A stretch of DNA of 49,947 nt, filler included, from Jimgerdemannia flammicorona (taxonomy: Eukaryota): NCBI GenBank assembly GCA_003990765.1. It is 2 parts of 2 records of this genome, joined end to end, with 100 filler letters (N's around TTAATTAATTAA, not from the genome) between each part and the next. Parts side by side here need not be neighbours in the genome. Positions count along the whole stretch, not along the records: positions 25,026 to 49,947 come from RBNJ01000907.1; 1 more part is not named here. One strand, 5' to 3'. Below the pieces are notes generated by a model that made no database searches, was not told the DNA's origin, and saw only the letters and a list, made by a program, of their open reading frames with translations. The position numbers and the translations under genes are program-made. Positions 49,301 to 49,947 of this stretch are shown piece by piece; position 1 is the stretch's first letter, and each line of letters starts with the position of its first letter.

Positions 49301-49947
49301 GGGGCGACGTATGGCCCGAGGCTTGGCAGAGAGCTGGGATTGGAGAGGAGTGGGATTGGAATGGGATCTGGCTTTGGAGCAAGCAGGTGGCACGGTGGCT
49401 TCCCCCCAAGTTCTGGGGGATATGGTGGAGGTTTTTGAGATGGAATGTCATGCTGAACTATCGGTCAGGACACTTAGTGCCTGATGGGGTGTTTGAGTGC
49501 GAGGAATGCTTGAATGTGGGTCAGGAGGGGGGAGTGGTGCAGACACCTGAACATTGGCTTGGGGAGTGTGAAGTAATGGGGGGCTTCTGGGACATTATCG
49601 CTAGTAGGTTGGGACTCCAGCCTCTGGTGGTGGGGGAGGGAGGGAGATGGGGGTACCTTCAGCGGAGATTGGTAGGTGGGGTTGGGAATGAATGGTTGAC
49701 CCTGGGTTGGGCCCTGGCAATCTGGGTAGGGATGGCTGGTCATTGGCTACGTGTCTTCGAGGAGGGCCAGGCGACTACCGTTACGGCGAGGGTAGCGCGC
49801 TGGGAATGGCTAACACTAGACACTTTGAATAGATGGTGGCAAGGATGGGGAGAGGGAGGGGGGAGTCGCCGGAAACTGGTGGAATGTATCTGCAAGAAGA
49901 GCGAGGGGAGGGTTCGGGTAGTAGGTGGAGGGATTGTCCTTCGGCGG
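46330..49947 (+). pseudogene. LINE copy 6 ORF2 (APE-RT-CCHC), single TAG at 48826-48828 then open to the window end
   Basis: Motifs SLNVNGL, LQD, GGDFN, RIDW, SDH, PGEDG, QGDPLSP, FADD, YLG and CEECLNVGQEGGVVQTPEHWLGEC. The TAG aligns with TGG (Trp) in copy 1. Confidence 0.95.

Larger units (their letters stand above)
44300..49947 (+). mobile_element. LINE copy 6, least decayed, 5'-complete, runs off the right edge
   Basis: 5' motif GTAACATTCAGGTGACACA; ORF1 has two stops, ORF2 has one; CpGs are largely retained. Confidence 0.96.

Overview
This window is a gene-free eukaryotic, probably fungal (inferred), nest of transposable elements, with essentially every base assignable to a TE. It holds six copies of a G-rich L1/Tx1-like LINE (ORF1 plus APE-RT-CCHC ORF2): three whose 5' and 3' ends both lie in the window, one 5'-complete near-intact copy running off the right edge, and two 5'-interrupted copies. 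There are two distinct Ty3/Gypsy families, both carrying a dUTPase between the Gag zinc knuckle and the protease. Family A has 404-bp LTRs and a chromodomain, with one complete copy (TATAT target-site duplication, TSD) and one interrupted copy. Family B is split into three pieces and has an apparent 2,053-bp 5' LTR enclosing a decayed ~423-codon ORF that ends exactly at the LTR TATA box. A Ty1/Copia pol remnant appears to be the outermost host, and there are three hAT-type DNA transposon pieces and one assembly gap. All coding regions are pseudogenised almost only by C>T/G>A transitions, with reading frames largely preserved, which points to methylation-driven or RIP-like hypermutation. The best novelty candidates are the LTR-encoded ORF of Gypsy B, the two dUTPase-bearing Gypsy lineages, and the LINE's atypical features (G-rich sense strand, QD endonuclease motif, /GA target junctions, ORF1 without a zinc knuckle). 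Coordinates and counts were read by eye; no database searches were run.
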